From Eledone cirrhosa (lineage: Eukaryota), in assembly GCA_964016885.1 (NCBI GenBank), contig OZ024758.1:372001-436000 (forward strand): a DNA stretch of 64,000 nucleotides, given 5' to 3'. The translations under genes and the position numbers were made by a program. This document shows positions 26,389 to 38,785 of this stretch, in pieces; the first letter of the stretch is position 1; every line of letters starts with the position of its first letter. Under the pieces are notes generated by a model. It was not told the origin of the DNA. It did not search any database and saw nothing but the letters and a program-made list of their open reading frames with translations.

Positions 26389-26403
26389 ATATATATATAT
26401 ATA

Positions 26404-26448
26404 CTGGTGCGTTATGGTCTATCTGGTTCCTTACTGCAACTCCTTCAT

Positions 26449-26511
<63 letters not shown>

Positions 26512-26592
26512 AAGGAGTTGTAGCAAGGAACCAGATAGGCCATAACGCACCAGAGTACTCAATACTTAGGGTAGTAAAGCGAGTAATAGGAA
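26404..26592. mobile_element. Family E element tails facing each other across a (TA)n tract
   Basis: CTGGTGCGTTATGG..TCTGGTTCCTT..CAACTCCTTC-(TA)n-reverse complement. Homologous to 31345-31430 and 44086-44207. Confidence 0.8.
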
Positions 26593-26608
26593 AATGTATA
26601 TAAATATG

Positions 26609-26657
<49 letters not shown>

Positions 26658-26918
26658 GTATATATATATATACATATATGTATATATATATATACATATA
26701 TATATGTATATATATACTTGCATATATATATATACACATATATATTTATATATATATATATATATATAATGTAGGAGGTTAGATTTATTGTAGGACAATA
26801 AAACTATGTATATATCGGAAAAGTAGCACTCAACAGTTTATTGGACTGGAGTATAAATATCTAATATAGAAATGGCTTCTACAGGACTGGAACTGTTTCA
26901 TTCGGGAGAAATAATAGG

Positions 26919-26967
26919 GCTTCCTGATGATTTCTCCCGAATGAAACAGTTCTACTCCTGTAGAAGC
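26919..26967 (+). ncRNA. Type-I hammerhead ribozyme, family C, canonical core
   Basis: Stem I GCTTC/GAAGC; CTGATGA (26924-26930); stem II T.TTC-TCCC-GAA.T; GAAA (26943-26946); stem III CAG/CTG; GUA site at 26960-26962. Lies within inverted arms 26862-26912 / 26930-26980. Confidence 0.85.
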
Positions 26968-26978
26968 AATTTCTATAT

Positions 26979-27020
<42 letters not shown>

Positions 27021-27027
<7 letters not shown>

Positions 27028-27378
27028 GTTTGTATATGTATAATAAAACCAAAACAATGCAGGTATGGACATAGAATAAAGAATGCAAATGCAAAAGATA
27101 TTGTTGACAATTAGTCTTTTACCTTAGATTTATTTAAATGTCCTTAATTTTCGAGATAATATCTCTTCCTGTCAGCATGACTTGGCAAGCTATTTAGAAC
27201 AGTGGTTTAACAGCTTTACTTCCCTCTGAAGAAGAGATATTATCTCGAAAATTAAGGACATTTAAATAAATCTAAAGTAAAAGACTAATTGTCAACAATA
27301 TCTTTTGCATGTGCATTCTTTATTCTATGTCCATACCTGCATTGTTTTGGCTTTATTATACATATACAAACGTTTATA
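27021..27378. mobile_element. Family D inverted-repeat element (148-bp arms, 62-bp spacer)
   Basis: 27021-27168 is the reverse complement of 27231-27378 with few mismatches. (TA)n abuts the left end. Confidence 0.85.
27223..27257 (+). ncRNA. Minimal hammerhead fold, family D
   Basis: CCT-CTGAAGA-A-GAGAT.ATT.ATCTC-GAAA-AT-TA-AGG. Stem III is reduced to the palindrome AATT (dimer type). Confidence 0.6.
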
Positions 27379-27442
27379 CCTCATTACACAATGCTTCAAG
27401 TGAACTATAACCTCCTCCATATATATATATATATATATATAA

Positions 27443-27600
27443 AAGTATGTATACGTACATACATATATGTGTACAGACGTACAGTAGTATGTATATATAT
27501 ACATACATGCACACATATATATATATATATGTACGTATGGGTTTACCGAACATTTATTATAATGTTAGGTTTGTTTGTAAACAAACAGCTCGTATTACGC
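27443..27600. mobile_element. (TA)n-adjacent dispersed repeat, family F, copy 1
   Basis: Collinear with 44275-44440 (ACGTACAGTAGTATG; GTACGTATGG..TACCGAA; GTTTGTAAACAAACA). Confidence 0.75.
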
Positions 27601-27874
27601 CGTACAGTGCTCGGCAACCATCGTCGCCCTTTTGTTCAACACTGACACAGGAAAAATGTACTAGTTTCAAGATTATTAGCTATCGTGAGCATTGTATACC
27701 TTTCTGTCAGATGATTGAACTTTGGAAGTATATACTTTCTTTATGCATATTAACGGCTGAGCATATCGAGTTAGTTAGTCGACCGGGCGCACCGAAAACG
27801 ATAAATGGAAAACTATAAACCTATAGATAAATTGAAAACTATAAAACTATAGCCTCATATATAGCCTCATATAT

Positions 27875-27958
<84 letters not shown>

Positions 27959-29553
27959 ATATATGAGGCTATATATATGAGGCTATAGTTAAATGAGAAT
28001 TTAACTAACTCCACTTCTATCGCTTTACTCCAGGCTGCGTCTCTTCATTAAGCAAACAATAAAGAAGGCAGATGGGTTTTGTTTGTAGAAGATTTTATAA
28101 CAAAAATAAAGAAAAATAGACATTTAAAAATTAAAAAAATGTTCCGCAGGAGCAAGAAGACCGTCGAGGGTCAATCGTGGAGCCTACAACAAGCCACGCT
28201 CAGTTGTCCTCCTCTTGTATAGAGGTGCATAGTCAAAACAGGCACTACAATAATAATAATAATAATACCTTCGATGCCTCAAAAGTAATTGACCCCCAAA
28301 ACCTCTGGTCCAGGCGGTTTAGTAACCGTCACACTTCCGTTATGCAGATCAGTGACCCTCATATTTTAAAAAGGATTTTCAGACATCCCACATTCGAGGT
28401 TGATAGGCATAAGGTTTAAACGTCAGCAGTGTTTTGATAGAGATTCCATCACTAGATGGATTGCTTATTAGAGTTTTGAGAGACTCTGCTTTCCTCGGTT
28501 TTGAAATCAATGTAGCCCTTGTTTTAGAGTGTCACCCAAGGCTAATGAGTTCTTTATAACCGGAACACTTAGTTTTAAGGCACCAGTAACATGCCTTTAT
28601 CCTTTTCTCTTATCAGTTCCAAATATCTCCACTACGGAAGGCCAGGAGCTTGGCTTCGGTTGTTAGATTCTGTATGAGAGGCAATCCCTTTGGAGCATTT
28701 TAATATTTTGGGATATAAGCATCCAAACGGATAGACCGATCAAACACAGACGACCTGTTAATACTGATTCTAACCCTAGAAATGTATTGTCTTGCGACTA
28801 TGTTAGAAATTAATATTGAATTTCTAATCACAACATTTAAAATGAATTTCATTAAAATACGTTTGTAGGGTTAAATCTCCGTTTTCTTAAAATGAGACAC
28901 AGTAAACAAGACTATCTGTGATAAAAATGAGACAGGATGATCGCGGTTGGAATGGTTCTGATTATAGGTCTAATTGTTCAAGGTTGAACTGTGGTTAAAT
29001 ACTATGTTTATTACTGTAATGCTATTTTAGTAGTTTTTAAAATTCTTTACCTAAAATGTCTACCCACAGATTTTCATTTAACACTTCAGCTCATACACAA
29101 CCTTTTTTTTGCTGTTTGTTTAACTTAAAATCTGTCGGCAGATTCGGACAAGTGAGTTTGACATCAGCAAAATTGACACCTCTTCAGTGTGAAGATAAGA
29201 TTTATCTGTAAGATTTTTTAAAGCTTTCAAATAAACATTTTTCTCTACATACTTGGTTCTTTAAATATTATTTTGGAATTTCTTTCAACCATTTATTTTT
29301 TTGTCAAACATTTTTTTCCACTGTTGGATCACGAAGTATAACATTTCCACCAACACCACATGGAGATACGAAAAACAAAACAATAAATAAAATAAAAAAA
29401 ATAAATACATTATTTGATTAGTCGTTTTTATTGTTTAACATCTGAGAAGTCATATTGAGAAAAACCTGTCGTGAATATCATATACTTTTGGTAAATATGG
29501 TTTGCTAATTTGGTGTGGAACTAACTTTATATATGTATATATATTATTTATTC

Positions 29554-29659
29554 AAATCCCGCCGAGGTTAACTTTGCCTTTCATTCTTACGGGGTCGATA
29601 AAATAAAGTACCAGTCATGTACTGAGATAATTTCTGGCCTTGTGCCAAAAGTAGAAACA
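29554..29659 (+). mobile_element. 5'-truncated Deu/Nin-type SINE
   Basis: Starts within the B box. 11-bp TSD ATTATTTATTC. Confidence 0.9.
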
Positions 29660-29987
29660 ATTATTTATTCTTTATCATTAACATTAATATAAAAATAATA
29701 ATTATAGTTTTTTAGAGGGACTCAAATTCCATACCACATATGTGTGTATATGTATGTGTGTGTATGTGTGTGTGTATGAGTATGTGTATGTGTGTGTGTA
29801 TGCGTAAACAAATAAACGCTTAAACGCTTCTCATGTTTACTCTATTCTAAGCTTGCCAGTTCACTTACAGCGACAGGACTGTGCTTATTGTATCTAGCGA
29901 CAAACGAATATATATGTGTAGATAAAAATAGTGGTCTCTATTCGTACGTATATATATTCCTGAATTTAAAGACGAGCAAACATTCTC

Positions 29988-30056
<69 letters not shown>

Positions 30057-30140
30057 AAAGGTAAACAGAAATAACAACACAATCGGTACAGTATATGGAA
30101 GGTATATATTAGGTTAACGCTTGATATAGCAGGAAGACGG

Positions 30141-30176
30141 TCTTAACGTTTCGGATGCTAGTCCTTCATCAGAAGA
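30141..30176 (-). ncRNA. Minimal type-I hammerhead ribozyme (PLE type), canonical core
   Basis: Minus strand reads TCTT-CTGATGA-A-GGA.CTAGCA.TCC-GAAA-CG-TT-AAGA. Palindromic stem III AACGTT. The tail runs leftwards into (TA)n at about 30050. Confidence 0.8.
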
Positions 30177-30278
30177 AAGAATGAGAAATAAAATAGATTA
30201 AGGGGACGGGCGGAATGGAATTGGAAAAAAAATGTCTTTAGATAAAAATAATAGGTCCATTCATGTTGACATCTCTTG

Positions 30279-30315
<37 letters not shown>

Positions 30316-30317
<2 letters not shown>

Positions 30318-30378
30318 TGGCTACACAACAGTTAGTTCACCATACCGAGAACAAATGTCCATTACGAGCTGAGGATCC
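30316..30378. mobile_element. Family B inverted junction fragment
   Basis: Antisense tail (30316-30354), then CGAG-CTGAGGA-TCC (30365-30378). TA runs on both sides. Confidence 0.75.
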
Positions 30379-30650
30379 GTCCATATATATATACAGTGAA
30401 ATTAGATAACAAGGACGATTGGTTACTCCTTCATTACGTTTATTGGTTGGTGAGGTGCGTTTCGCCACTGATCAGCTCAAGGTTCTATCTGTATCGATCT
30501 GACCCGGCTCTGTAATCCACCGCACATCAGACCCTTTGTAATGGATATATTCTTATCGATCGACTTTCGTCAAATCGGACCGAGGAAACAATGTTTCCGT
30601 TGGTCTTTCCAGTTGCTAGTACTATCTATCGGTCGCAACTCCAGGTAGAA

Positions 30651-30771
30651 GGAGCAACGTGAAATAAAGTGTCTTGCTCAAGGACATAACGCATCGCCCG
30701 GTCCAGGAATCGAACTCACAACCTCAACATTGTGAATCCAATTCTCTAACCACTCAGCTACACGCCTTCAC
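30651..30771 (-). mobile_element. Second tRNA-derived SINE family (head plus central domain)
   Basis: Minus strand: A box TAGCTGAGTGG, B box GTTCGATTCC, then GTCCTTGAGCAAGACACTTTATTTCAC. Confidence 0.8.
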
Positions 30772-30773
30772 AT

Positions 30774-30815
<42 letters not shown>

Positions 30816-30844
30816 AAATGTGTGTAATCCTTGGTACAGTTCGG

Positions 30845-31064
<220 letters not shown>

Positions 31065-31075
31065 GTATATATATG

Positions 31076-31106
<31 letters not shown>

Positions 31107-31131
31107 GTATATATATGTATATATATATATA

Positions 31132-31208
<77 letters not shown>

Positions 31209-31233
31209 GCACACGCACGCACACACACACACA

Positions 31234-31343
<110 letters not shown>

Positions 31344-31344
31344 A

Positions 31345-31531
31345 AACGAAGGTGTTGTGGTAAGGAACCAGATGGACCATAACGCACCAGAGTACTCAAT
31401 ACTTAGGGTAGTAGAGTGGGTAATAGGAGAAAGTATGACCCCGACGGCAGAGCTCAAGCCGTTTCGACAGCTATTTCTGGACTTTAGCCGTCGAAACAGC
31501 TTGAGCTCTGCCGTCAGGGTCATACTTTCTC
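31345..31531. mobile_element. Family E inverted element with two hammerhead 3' halves
   Basis: Both strands read ..TAGC(C/T)GTC-GAAA-C(G/A)GC-TTGAGCTCT-GCCG-TC-(G/A)GGGTC. The inversion centre is at about 31478. Confidence 0.75.
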
Positions 31532-31945
31532 ATATATATATATATACATATGTTTATATGTGTATGTATGAGAGTATGTGCGTATGTGTGTATGTGCTTG
31601 ATTGAGAGTTTGTGTTTTCAATATATGTACTTATCCACATGTATAAATATATGTGTATAGACGTAGATGTAATTGCTTGTTTGTGAAAATGTAAACATGT
31701 ACATACATATTTATAGGATATATGTATGCTCGCACGCACACATACTGTATATACAAGGAGACATGTGTGATATAAGCAATGCGAATATTTCGATTAAATA
31801 CGTATGAAAGGCCGTAAGGAACACTTTACGTTTGAGAAAGGAATGTAAGTTTGAAGAGGTCTAAAAAGGAAGCGAAGTAGAGTTAAAGAAGGCCAGAACA
31901 ACGATGAAAAAAAATGGAAATGCTTACATTCATTCAAGCATGCAT

Positions 31946-32045
<100 letters not shown>

Positions 32046-32546
32046 TGTATATATGTGCATGTATATATGTGCATGTATATATGTGCATATATATGCACAG
32101 ATCGACATATATCTGTATATACACATACTTATTTATATATATATTATGTACATATATAAGTGTATATATATATATATGCATATGTGTATGTATATGTGTA
32201 TGTACATGTGTATGTATATATTCAATTATATATATATGTACATATTCAATTATGTGTATGCATGTAGATGTAAATATTCGGTTATGTATGTAGTTTAGCT
32301 ATGTTTTGCGGGTAGCAGATTTGGCAGCGCAGTTAAGACGCTACCGATTCAGTGCAAAATATTTGGCGTCTTTGTTTTGGTACCTAGACCAGTCATGGGC
32401 AAACTGCGTGTTGAAATTAATGCAAGACTTCACATCTCTAGCATCATTCCTTCATAGTCAGTCTACAAATTTTTCAGCTCTATCTCTTATATGTCTATGG
32501 AGTTTCACCAATTTACCTGTGTGTGTATGTGTTTGTGTGTGTGTGT

Positions 32547-32662
<116 letters not shown>

Positions 32663-32766
32663 TGTGTGTATGTGTGTGTGTGTGTGTGAGTATACGCATA
32701 TATATTTACGTTTATATAGAAATATATCTATTCTACTTGCATATATATATATATATATATATATAT

Positions 32767-33215
32767 ACTAGACCTGAAAAATGCGCAAGCTCAAAAGAGC
32801 CACAGAATGTTATAATAAACCTTCAAAAGTGTGGGACTAGAGTTGTTGCTCAAAAATATTGTAATCATTATCTATCGTACACTCTGTGGCATCCTATTAT
32901 AAAAAAGAGACTCATAACGAACTCAAGACGACACGGTATTTATTTAAGCTAATGTTCAATATCTCATATTAGATGTTTAGTAATGATTAATATGAAATGC
33001 ACTTAAACCGAATTCTGTATTATAAATTCACTTAAATAATTATCGTGTCGTCTTGAGTTCGTTATGAGTCTCTTTTTTTTTATAAAAGGATGTCACAGAG
33101 TGTACGATAGATAATGATTACAATATTTTTGAGCAACAACTCTAGTCCCACACTTTTGAAAGTTTGTTATAACATTCTGTGGCTCTTTTGAGCTGGCGCA
33201 TTTTTCAGGTCTAGT
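32767..33215. repeat. Long inverted repeat (arms about 182 bp, 82-bp spacer)
   Basis: 32767-32948 is the reverse complement of 33031-33215 with scattered mismatches. The left end abuts (TA)n. Confidence 0.95.
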
Positions 33216-33944
33216 TTAATATTTTTTAAGGCAACGCTTGTAATAACTCTAGGTAAACATGATATATATTAATAATAAATTATCGTTGTAATGTAATTAA
33301 ATTATATAATTGTTATTTTATAAATAATCTTATAAATATTATTTTAAGATGTATAAAAATATTTTCAGACTTTTAATATAAACAACTACAAAAAACAATC
33401 AATATTAAATAAATATATTTTACATAATAATTGTTATAGTTGAATTAATAAAAATTAAATATTACATACAAATAGTCTAACATAATAATAAAAAAATAAT
33501 CTAACATAATAATAATAAAATAATCTAACATAAAACGAACAATAATATGGACAAATATACAAGTAAATATGATACAACCAATATTATAAGCATGTTATAA
33601 CGAACTAAAAAAAAATAGTTAATATAAATTTAAAAAAATCATATATAAATTAACAATATAACTTACCAAAGCGAGAAAAATATTTTGATGATAAATGACG
33701 AAATACAGGAGGAAGATTCGAAAGCGAAACGATAAATAAACGTGCAAACAAAGTGGCGGATGCTTTTGAGCAACAATTACTCTCATTGGTTGATTAGCCA
33801 ATAAGACGATACATTACAAAAGATGTTTGGCAGGGATCACCACGGCCAGCGAAAGCCCTTGAATTTTTTTATTCACAAGCTACGCATATATGTCAGAAAC
33901 GCAGACTTAAAACATTCTGTTGTTAGTCACTGCGTGTCTAACAG

Positions 33945-34053
<109 letters not shown>

Positions 34054-34054
34054 T

Positions 34055-34120
<66 letters not shown>

Positions 34121-34300
34121 ATATTTCTGCATGTGTGTGTGTGCATGTGTATGAGCACAATCAATATATATGCCCGTAATCTATTGATAATACATATGTA
34201 TTCATTCCAAGTGTGTGTCATACTGCGCATTTGATCTTTCTCAACTAACCCATAAGAAATCTTAAAATGTTCTCTCGCACTCACTCATTCATATTCTCTC

Positions 34301-34376
<76 letters not shown>

Positions 34377-35142
34377 CTTTGATCGTCTGTTTTAATCATG
34401 TGATTATATATATGAAGTTGAGCTCAGATTATTTCAGTGAAATGTGCAAGATAAGAGTTAATCTATGTAAAGTTTAAATCCTAAATCAAACCTAAATAGA
34501 ATCAAATAATAAAATCAACATCAGTGAAATTTTGATTCAGAAAGTAGGTTTAGAATATATATTATAAATGACTGAGTCTGCTCTCTCCACCAGTTCTGCT
34601 AACTCTGATATTTTATCACTCTATATAGATAATATAACGTCTCTCACACGGGTGTATACATTATTTTCCTTCTTCATCTTTTCTATTTTAAAATCGAAAA
34701 TCATAAACAAATAGCCAATGGAAATATTCTAACAATAACTGTTATCTATAGACTATTCACGAATGAAAATAATATTTGAGCTGCAGTCTATGTCGGAAAC
34801 TTAACACAGGAAGTCTCGACACAGTTCCGGAAACGACCGAGCACAGTTGGCGACAACCGAGCACAACCGGAGACGATTGAAATAGCCAGAAGATAGAAAG
34901 CACAAACGAAGGCGACTGCACAGAGCTGCAAGTGACTGAATGAAGTCGAAGTCGACAGATATAGCCGAAGGCAACCAAGCTCAGCAGAAAAGACAAATTG
35001 CTATAGCTGAATATAGGTGAATGGAAATATAGATTCTTGTTAACTAACATATATGTTTTTGAAAGAAAAAAAGTTTTGATTACTATAGTAACAATATTTT
35101 CAAAGTAATTTGAACCACTTATTACAGCTACGTCTAAATAAT

Positions 35143-35290
35143 TGTTTCTACTTTTGGCACAAGACCGGCAATTATCTCAGTGCATTACTGGTACTTTATT
35201 TTATCGACACCGTAAGGATGAAAGGCAAAGCTAACCTCGGTGGGATTTGAAATTAGAACGCAAAGAGCCATAACTCTATACTGCAAAACA
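35143..35290 (-). mobile_element. Deu/Nin-type SINE, short form, head missing
   Basis: Reverse complement of consensus. Abuts the RLE fragment that follows. Confidence 0.85.
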
Positions 35291-35299
35291 TGACTATGT

Positions 35300-35560
35300 G
35301 TCTCAAGCAACATGTCTATAACATTCTCCGCCTTCAACCTTGTCGCTTCGGCCACAAACCCCAGCTCCGCTACCCGCAATGTGGAAGAGAAGAATATAGT
35401 CAAATACCGGGGTCTGGCCGACTGCTTCCTCTTTGCACCAGTCTCCATTGAGATCTCTGGTTTCCGTGGTCCCCACACTAATTTCTTCCGTAAACTCGGA
35501 AAGACGGTGGTCCGAAGTTTAGGCACCACTCAGAATGGGGTGTAGTGTCTGTCCCTCATC
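35300..35560 (+). mobile_element. Fragment of RLE endonuclease domain, CRE-like non-LTR retrotransposon
   Basis: ATC-[frameshift]-TFSAFNLVASATNPSSATRNVEEKNIVKYRGLADCFLFAPVSIEISGFRGP resembles the DxTC..TF...AE..K..KY..L....F.P...E..G..G motif set (recalled). Confidence 0.7.
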
Positions 35561-36101
35561 CTCTCCCTTGCTTTCATTGCTTAATTGTTTTCTTTCTTTT
35601 CGACAGGACCTGCTGGAAGGAGTGTTTGAGGTCTCTGCTCAAACGATCCTCTCAGGAATAAATCGGCGAAGAAGAAGAAGAAGAAGAAGAAGATTCTGCT
35701 AGCATTTGAATTCAGAATATCGTTGGACAAAATTAAGTTTGATATAATTTCTGCTCATATTAGTCCGTGAGGGAAAAAAGATATAGAGTACTAAGCAATT
35801 AATAAGTAAGCTGTCATCAGGTTTGACTATTTCCCACCCAAGCGTCAAATGGAATCTGATATAACATGCAGTTGAGTTTAAAAAGAGAAGGACGGGGAGA
35901 TATGTGATTATTTAGCTTGGAAGAATGAATTATGGCCTGCCTGTTACAATACATTGCAATACTTCAAAATCACCCAACCTTTTCTTTTAACGATAACAAT
36001 CAGATATAAGATGTAGGAGATATTCTACTAACATCATGGATATGGTCATTACACTCTACTAATGTATTGAGTACCTTACTAACAGAAAGAATGCATCAAC
36101 C

Positions 36102-36148
36102 TTTCCTGTTGATTTCTTTTGAATGAAACAGTTCTAGTCCCGTAGAAG
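36102..36148 (+). ncRNA. Family C hammerhead copy with mutated core (CTGTTGA)
   Basis: TTTC-CTGTTGA-T.TTC-TTTT-GAA.T-GAAA-CAG..CCG-TA-GAAG. A third copy lacking the core is at 38574-38660. Confidence 0.7.
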
Positions 36149-36191
36149 CCATTTCTATATTAAACTTGATACACACACACATATATATATA

Positions 36192-36301
<110 letters not shown>

Positions 36302-36616
36302 TGTGTTGTGTTCTCCTCCGAAATCATCTTTAACATTCTTCAATGCACACCTTAAATCTACAGGTCATGAATCAAATTATTCTACCATTTATGGAGATTA
36401 ATTTCATATTTCGGCTTTAATTCTTCAACACATTGAAGACTTCTAGATCGGATCAAATATCACTTAGAGTTAATGAGCCGATTCCTAGAACTACAGAGTA
36501 GGAAGCAAAATGAAGGATAGGAACACACAATAAGAACTCCACCCAGCTACAAAACGAACATAAAATAAAATATAATAGTGAAATAACTCCTCACTCTCTC
36601 TAAAGAAAAAAAAACA

Positions 36617-36740
36617 ACTAAAACAACAGCATATAATAAACACAAAAAACTAAAACAACACCATATAATAAATACAAAAAACTAACACAACACCATATAA
36701 TAAATACAAAAAACTAAAACAACAGCATATAATAAATACA
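36617..36740. repeat. 32-bp minisatellite, about 4 units
   Basis: ACTAA(A/C)ACAACA(G/C)CATATAATAAA(C/T)ACAAAAA in tandem. Confidence 0.9.
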
Positions 36741-37000
36741 GTGAAATGTGAGAGAAAAGGGTAAAGGAAAAGAAGGAAAAATAAGAGATGTTGAGATATA
36801 ATAAATAGATGTAATGGAAGAAACGAAATATACATTAAATATAGCTTAGTGAGATGATGAATGATGACGATGTTGATTATGATGATGATGATGATGATGA
36901 TGATGATGGTGGTGATGATGATGATGGTGATGATGATGAGGATAGTGAGGATGATGGTGGTGATGGTGGTGGTGGTGATGGTGATGATGAGGATGATGAC

Positions 37001-37035
<35 letters not shown>

Positions 37036-37333
37036 GGAAGATATAGTGATGAAGATGTTGACTGATGACTTATGACCGCGATGACAACGAAGTCGACGAA
37101 GATGAAAATAATTATTTTCAACATAAGCACAATAACAACAGCAACAACTACACAAACAACAACAACTACAATAACAACAGCAGCAGCAGCAGCAGCAGCA
37201 GCCGCATCAACAACAACAACAAGATCAACAACAAGAATAACAACAACAACCAGAAACGTTTTTAATCCCTTCTTACGAATCGCATAGATTGGGTATATAT
37301 ATCTATTGTAAACTAGATATACACAATCTAAAA

Positions 37334-37639
37334 CAACAGTCGCCAACCTTTCGGACATCACGGACCACTAAATTTTAAATCCCGAGGACCACTAACATGA
37401 ATTTTTTAAAAAAGATAAATACATTTGTAAAATAATTATCAGAGACCATTTTATTAATATGAAATGCACCTATTAAATATAACAAAATTATAAATGCTTA
37501 TTTAAATATAACAAAATTATAAGTAATTATATTATTAAGAAAACATGATAATTACAAATAAAATCCAAATTTTCTGCGGATCACCAACAGTTTCTTGCGG
37601 GCCACCAGTGGTCCGCGAACCAACGGTTGGTAACCGCTG
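37334..37639. mobile_element. Non-autonomous hAT (Charlie-type) MITE
   Basis: TIR CAACAGTCGCCAACC / GGTTGGTAACCGCTG (11/15). TSD ATCTAAAA / ATCTAAAG. Subterminal GGACCAC repeats. Confidence 0.8.
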
Positions 37640-37888
37640 ATCTAAAGTAGATATACACAAAACTGAGATACTATATTAGTCGACTATATTGACTCAGTAC
37701 TACCGTTCAATGGGTTCTCCCAATCCAAGTCAGAATAACTGAAATGTTTCCTGTTTTTGATTTAAAAGAAGAGCGTGAATCAATCCCAGAAACAGAACTG
37801 ATGCTAATTCTATCGGCCTTTACAGGATTTTAACTTAGAATATAAAATAGCTCGCTGCTAATAAGATTTACTCAAGACCAACAATTTT

Positions 37889-38397
37889 CCAAGAGAGGTC
37901 AACCAATTACATTAACCTCGGTCTTTAACTGGTGGTCCATTTAATCGACTCCGAGAGGATGAAAGGCGAAATCCAATCCGGAAATATTTGAAATCGGAAG
38001 TATAAAAATATTGCAAATCTGCTCCAAAATAACAAAAAGCTATCGTATATATAATGATTATAAATGACCTTAAAATGATATGCACACCGTCATTTGTATA
38101 ATTCTCTAGAAATGATTGTGTGTATATATATATATATATATATATACACACAATCATTTCTATAGAATTATACAAATGACGGTGTGGACGAGTTAAAACA
38201 AAGTGCATATCATTTTAAGGTCATTTATAATCATTATATATACGATACTTTTTGTTATTTTGGAGCAGATTTGCAATATTTTTATACTTCCGATTTCAAA
38301 TATTTCCGGATTGGATTTCGCCTTTCATCCTCTCGGAATCGATTAAAGGGACCACCAGTTAAAGACCGAGGTTAATGTAATTGATTGACTCTCTTGG
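37889..38397. repeat. (TA)n-centred inverted duplication, arms about 230-250 bp
   Basis: Arms 37889-38122 / 38147-38397 include a decayed SINE piece plus apparently unique flank. One indel of about 19 bp. Confidence 0.95.
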
Positions 38398-38418
38398 CAA
38401 ATATATATATATATATAC

Positions 38419-38507
<89 letters not shown>

Positions 38508-38697
38508 GGGTATCCCCCCAAAATTATTATTTATTTGAATGCTGTTGAAGTGTGTATACATTTTCTTGGCACACTCTCCCCAATGAAACAGTTCTAGTCC
38601 TGTAGAAGCCATTCCTATATCAAATATTTATACTCTGCTATGTATTGAATACCTTACTTATTGTGGTTACCCCCGATTGAACCCGGGATAAACACAC

Positions 38698-38783
<86 letters not shown>

Positions 38784-38785
<2 letters not shown>

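Noticed and set aside
28290-28740. Possible decayed RTE 5' region or related SINE
   Set aside because: Only vague motif resemblance, with no translatable signature.
32390-32408. hAT-like terminus CAGTCATGGGCAAACTGCG
   Set aside because: No partner TIR or TSD found.
36846-37361. His-rich and Asp-rich ORFs
   Set aside because: Translations of (GAT)/(GGT) and (CAA)/(CAG) microsatellites.
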